From Octopus sinensis (Eukaryota): 64,000 nt of DNA. This document shows positions 62,413-64,000 of the stretch, piece by piece. The position numbers were made by a program, and so were the translations under genes. The notes beneath the pieces are model-generated. The model saw nothing but the letters and a program-made list of their open reading frames with translations. It had not been told where the DNA came from and did not search any database. The stretch lies in contig NC_042997.1 of assembly GCF_006345805.1 (NCBI RefSeq), positions 77,934,001-77,998,000 on the forward strand, given 5' to 3'. Every line of letters starts with the position of its first letter. Position 1 is the stretch's first letter.

Positions 62413-63399
62413 TATATATGTATATATACCACTATATATATATATTTATATATATATATGCATATCATTATGTATATATATATATGTATTTGTATGCTTG
62501 TGTTTGTCCCCCACCATCACTTCATAATCAATGTTGGTGTGTTTATGTGTATGTGTATATATATAAACATATATATATGGTATTTCATTGATTGCTCCTG
62601 TTAACATACTTAAGTTTAATTCATTCTCACTAATTCAGAATTATCTGGTTGTGGTAAATCTACTTCAGCAAAAGGCGGATGTTAATGATAATATGATATT
62701 CTCATTACACAATTACACAGATTTGCAATCAATTTCTATCTATCAAATTTTAGTCAAAAGGCAGTGGTTCACATCAGGCTGGTAGAAATAACTGATTTTT
62801 GGCTTTGTACATAGAGATTGAAACTGGAACTATGTGGGTAATTTGACTTCACTATATCTCCCTCTTCTGATAACCACTTGCTTCGCCTTGATCTCCTCCA
62901 CCATCATTGCCCTGCCTTGACCTCATCCACCATCATCACCCTATTATAAACTAGCGAACGCATAATGGGATTCCCACTCGCTTTCTAACCCTTGCCGAAG
63001 AATAACGGATCGCTCATGAATCAGATAAGATAACGATATTTTTTTTCTTTCAACCTCATTTCATCTACTCACCATTCTTGCACAAATCATTATTCTGTCT
63101 AATGTACTTTTCGTTAGTCTCATTCACTCAGTTATTAAAGTCTTATCACACAGCAACCTCTCTATTCTCTAAAATTTGTCTTTCTCAGATTTTTCAAATC
63201 TATTTTTTTGCTCTCGCATTACACTACGGTTAGCAGACCCTCTTCCTAGTTAGAGGTGCAACCGCCCTCCCACCCCCTCCACCAGTACCGGAAGTTCCTA
63301 TCCTTTGCCATCCCTGGGTTGCTTCCTATGAATACTGCAAAAGGCATTCCACCATCCCCACCCCCAGTCTCGCGCTATCTCCTATGTAAGGTAATGATC

Positions 63400-64000
63400 G
63401 TATAGTGCAAAATATGAAAGGGTAGTGTTATGCAGGTTGAACTGAATCCTACTGTATTGCTTGCTCATGAATTCTGCCAAATGCGAGTTTTCTTTTCAGG
63501 TACATGAAGCTACTGTCCCCCGTCCCAGGGTCTCTAGGGCCCATACCTCTCACACCCTCAGGGTTGACACACTGAAAGGTAGGTCTGGCGAGATTGTTGA
63601 GATGCTTGAACGGAGATGTGTCGATATATGTTGCATCCAAGAAGTGAGGTGGAGAGGAGGTTCTGCTAGGTTCTTCACAGGCAAAGAACACAGGTACAAG
63701 ATTTTCTGGGCAGGGAACACTGACGGGGTTGGGGGTGTGGGTATACTTCTCGCTGAAAAGTGGGTAGTTAAGGTAATTGAGGTAGTCAGAGTATGCGACA
63801 GAGTACTTAAGATTAGATTAGTGCTTCATCATGGATTAGCGACCATTATATCGGCCTATGCCTCTCAGCCAGGGCTACCCGATTGACAGAAAGACAGATT
63901 CTATGACACCCTACTGCAGACTACCTCGTTGACGAATGACAGGGACCTTCTCTTTGTGGCTGGTGACTTCAATGAGCATGTTGGACAACATGCTGGGGGC
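63400..64000 (+). mobile_element. RTE-clade LINE, 5' part (AP endonuclease)
   Basis: RCVDICCIQEVRWRG, GVGILLAEKW, ISAYASQPG, VAGDFNEHVG; internal stop; homologous to 1-1335. Confidence 0.9.

Overview
AT-rich, repeat-dense animal genomic DNA. The SINE/RTE/Penelope repertoire and long (TA)n tracts suggest an octopus-like cephalopod (inference). Two spliced genes face away from each other and both run off the window. LRRC45 is on the minus strand (5 coding exons, 9322 to 1916). EDC4/Ge-1 is on the plus strand (9 coding exons, 36380 to 55841) and has one intron with U12 minor-spliceosome signals. The rest is mobile DNA: a young, nearly intact Ty3/Gypsy element (14432-19202), decayed Gypsy pieces, a solo LTR, four mariners, a pogo element, RTE and other LINEs, CRE-like fragments, SINEs, MITEs carrying telomere-like repeats, and several Penelope-like elements. 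The most striking unexplained structure is a set of about seven type I hammerhead ribozyme motifs at Penelope termini. All have a palindromic or near-palindromic helix III, some have very long helix II extensions, and two unrelated ones share a C-for-U4 core variant. Four lie in sense orientation inside EDC4 introns, some within long inverted repeats. All calls were made by eye and manual translation; no searches or folding programs were run.
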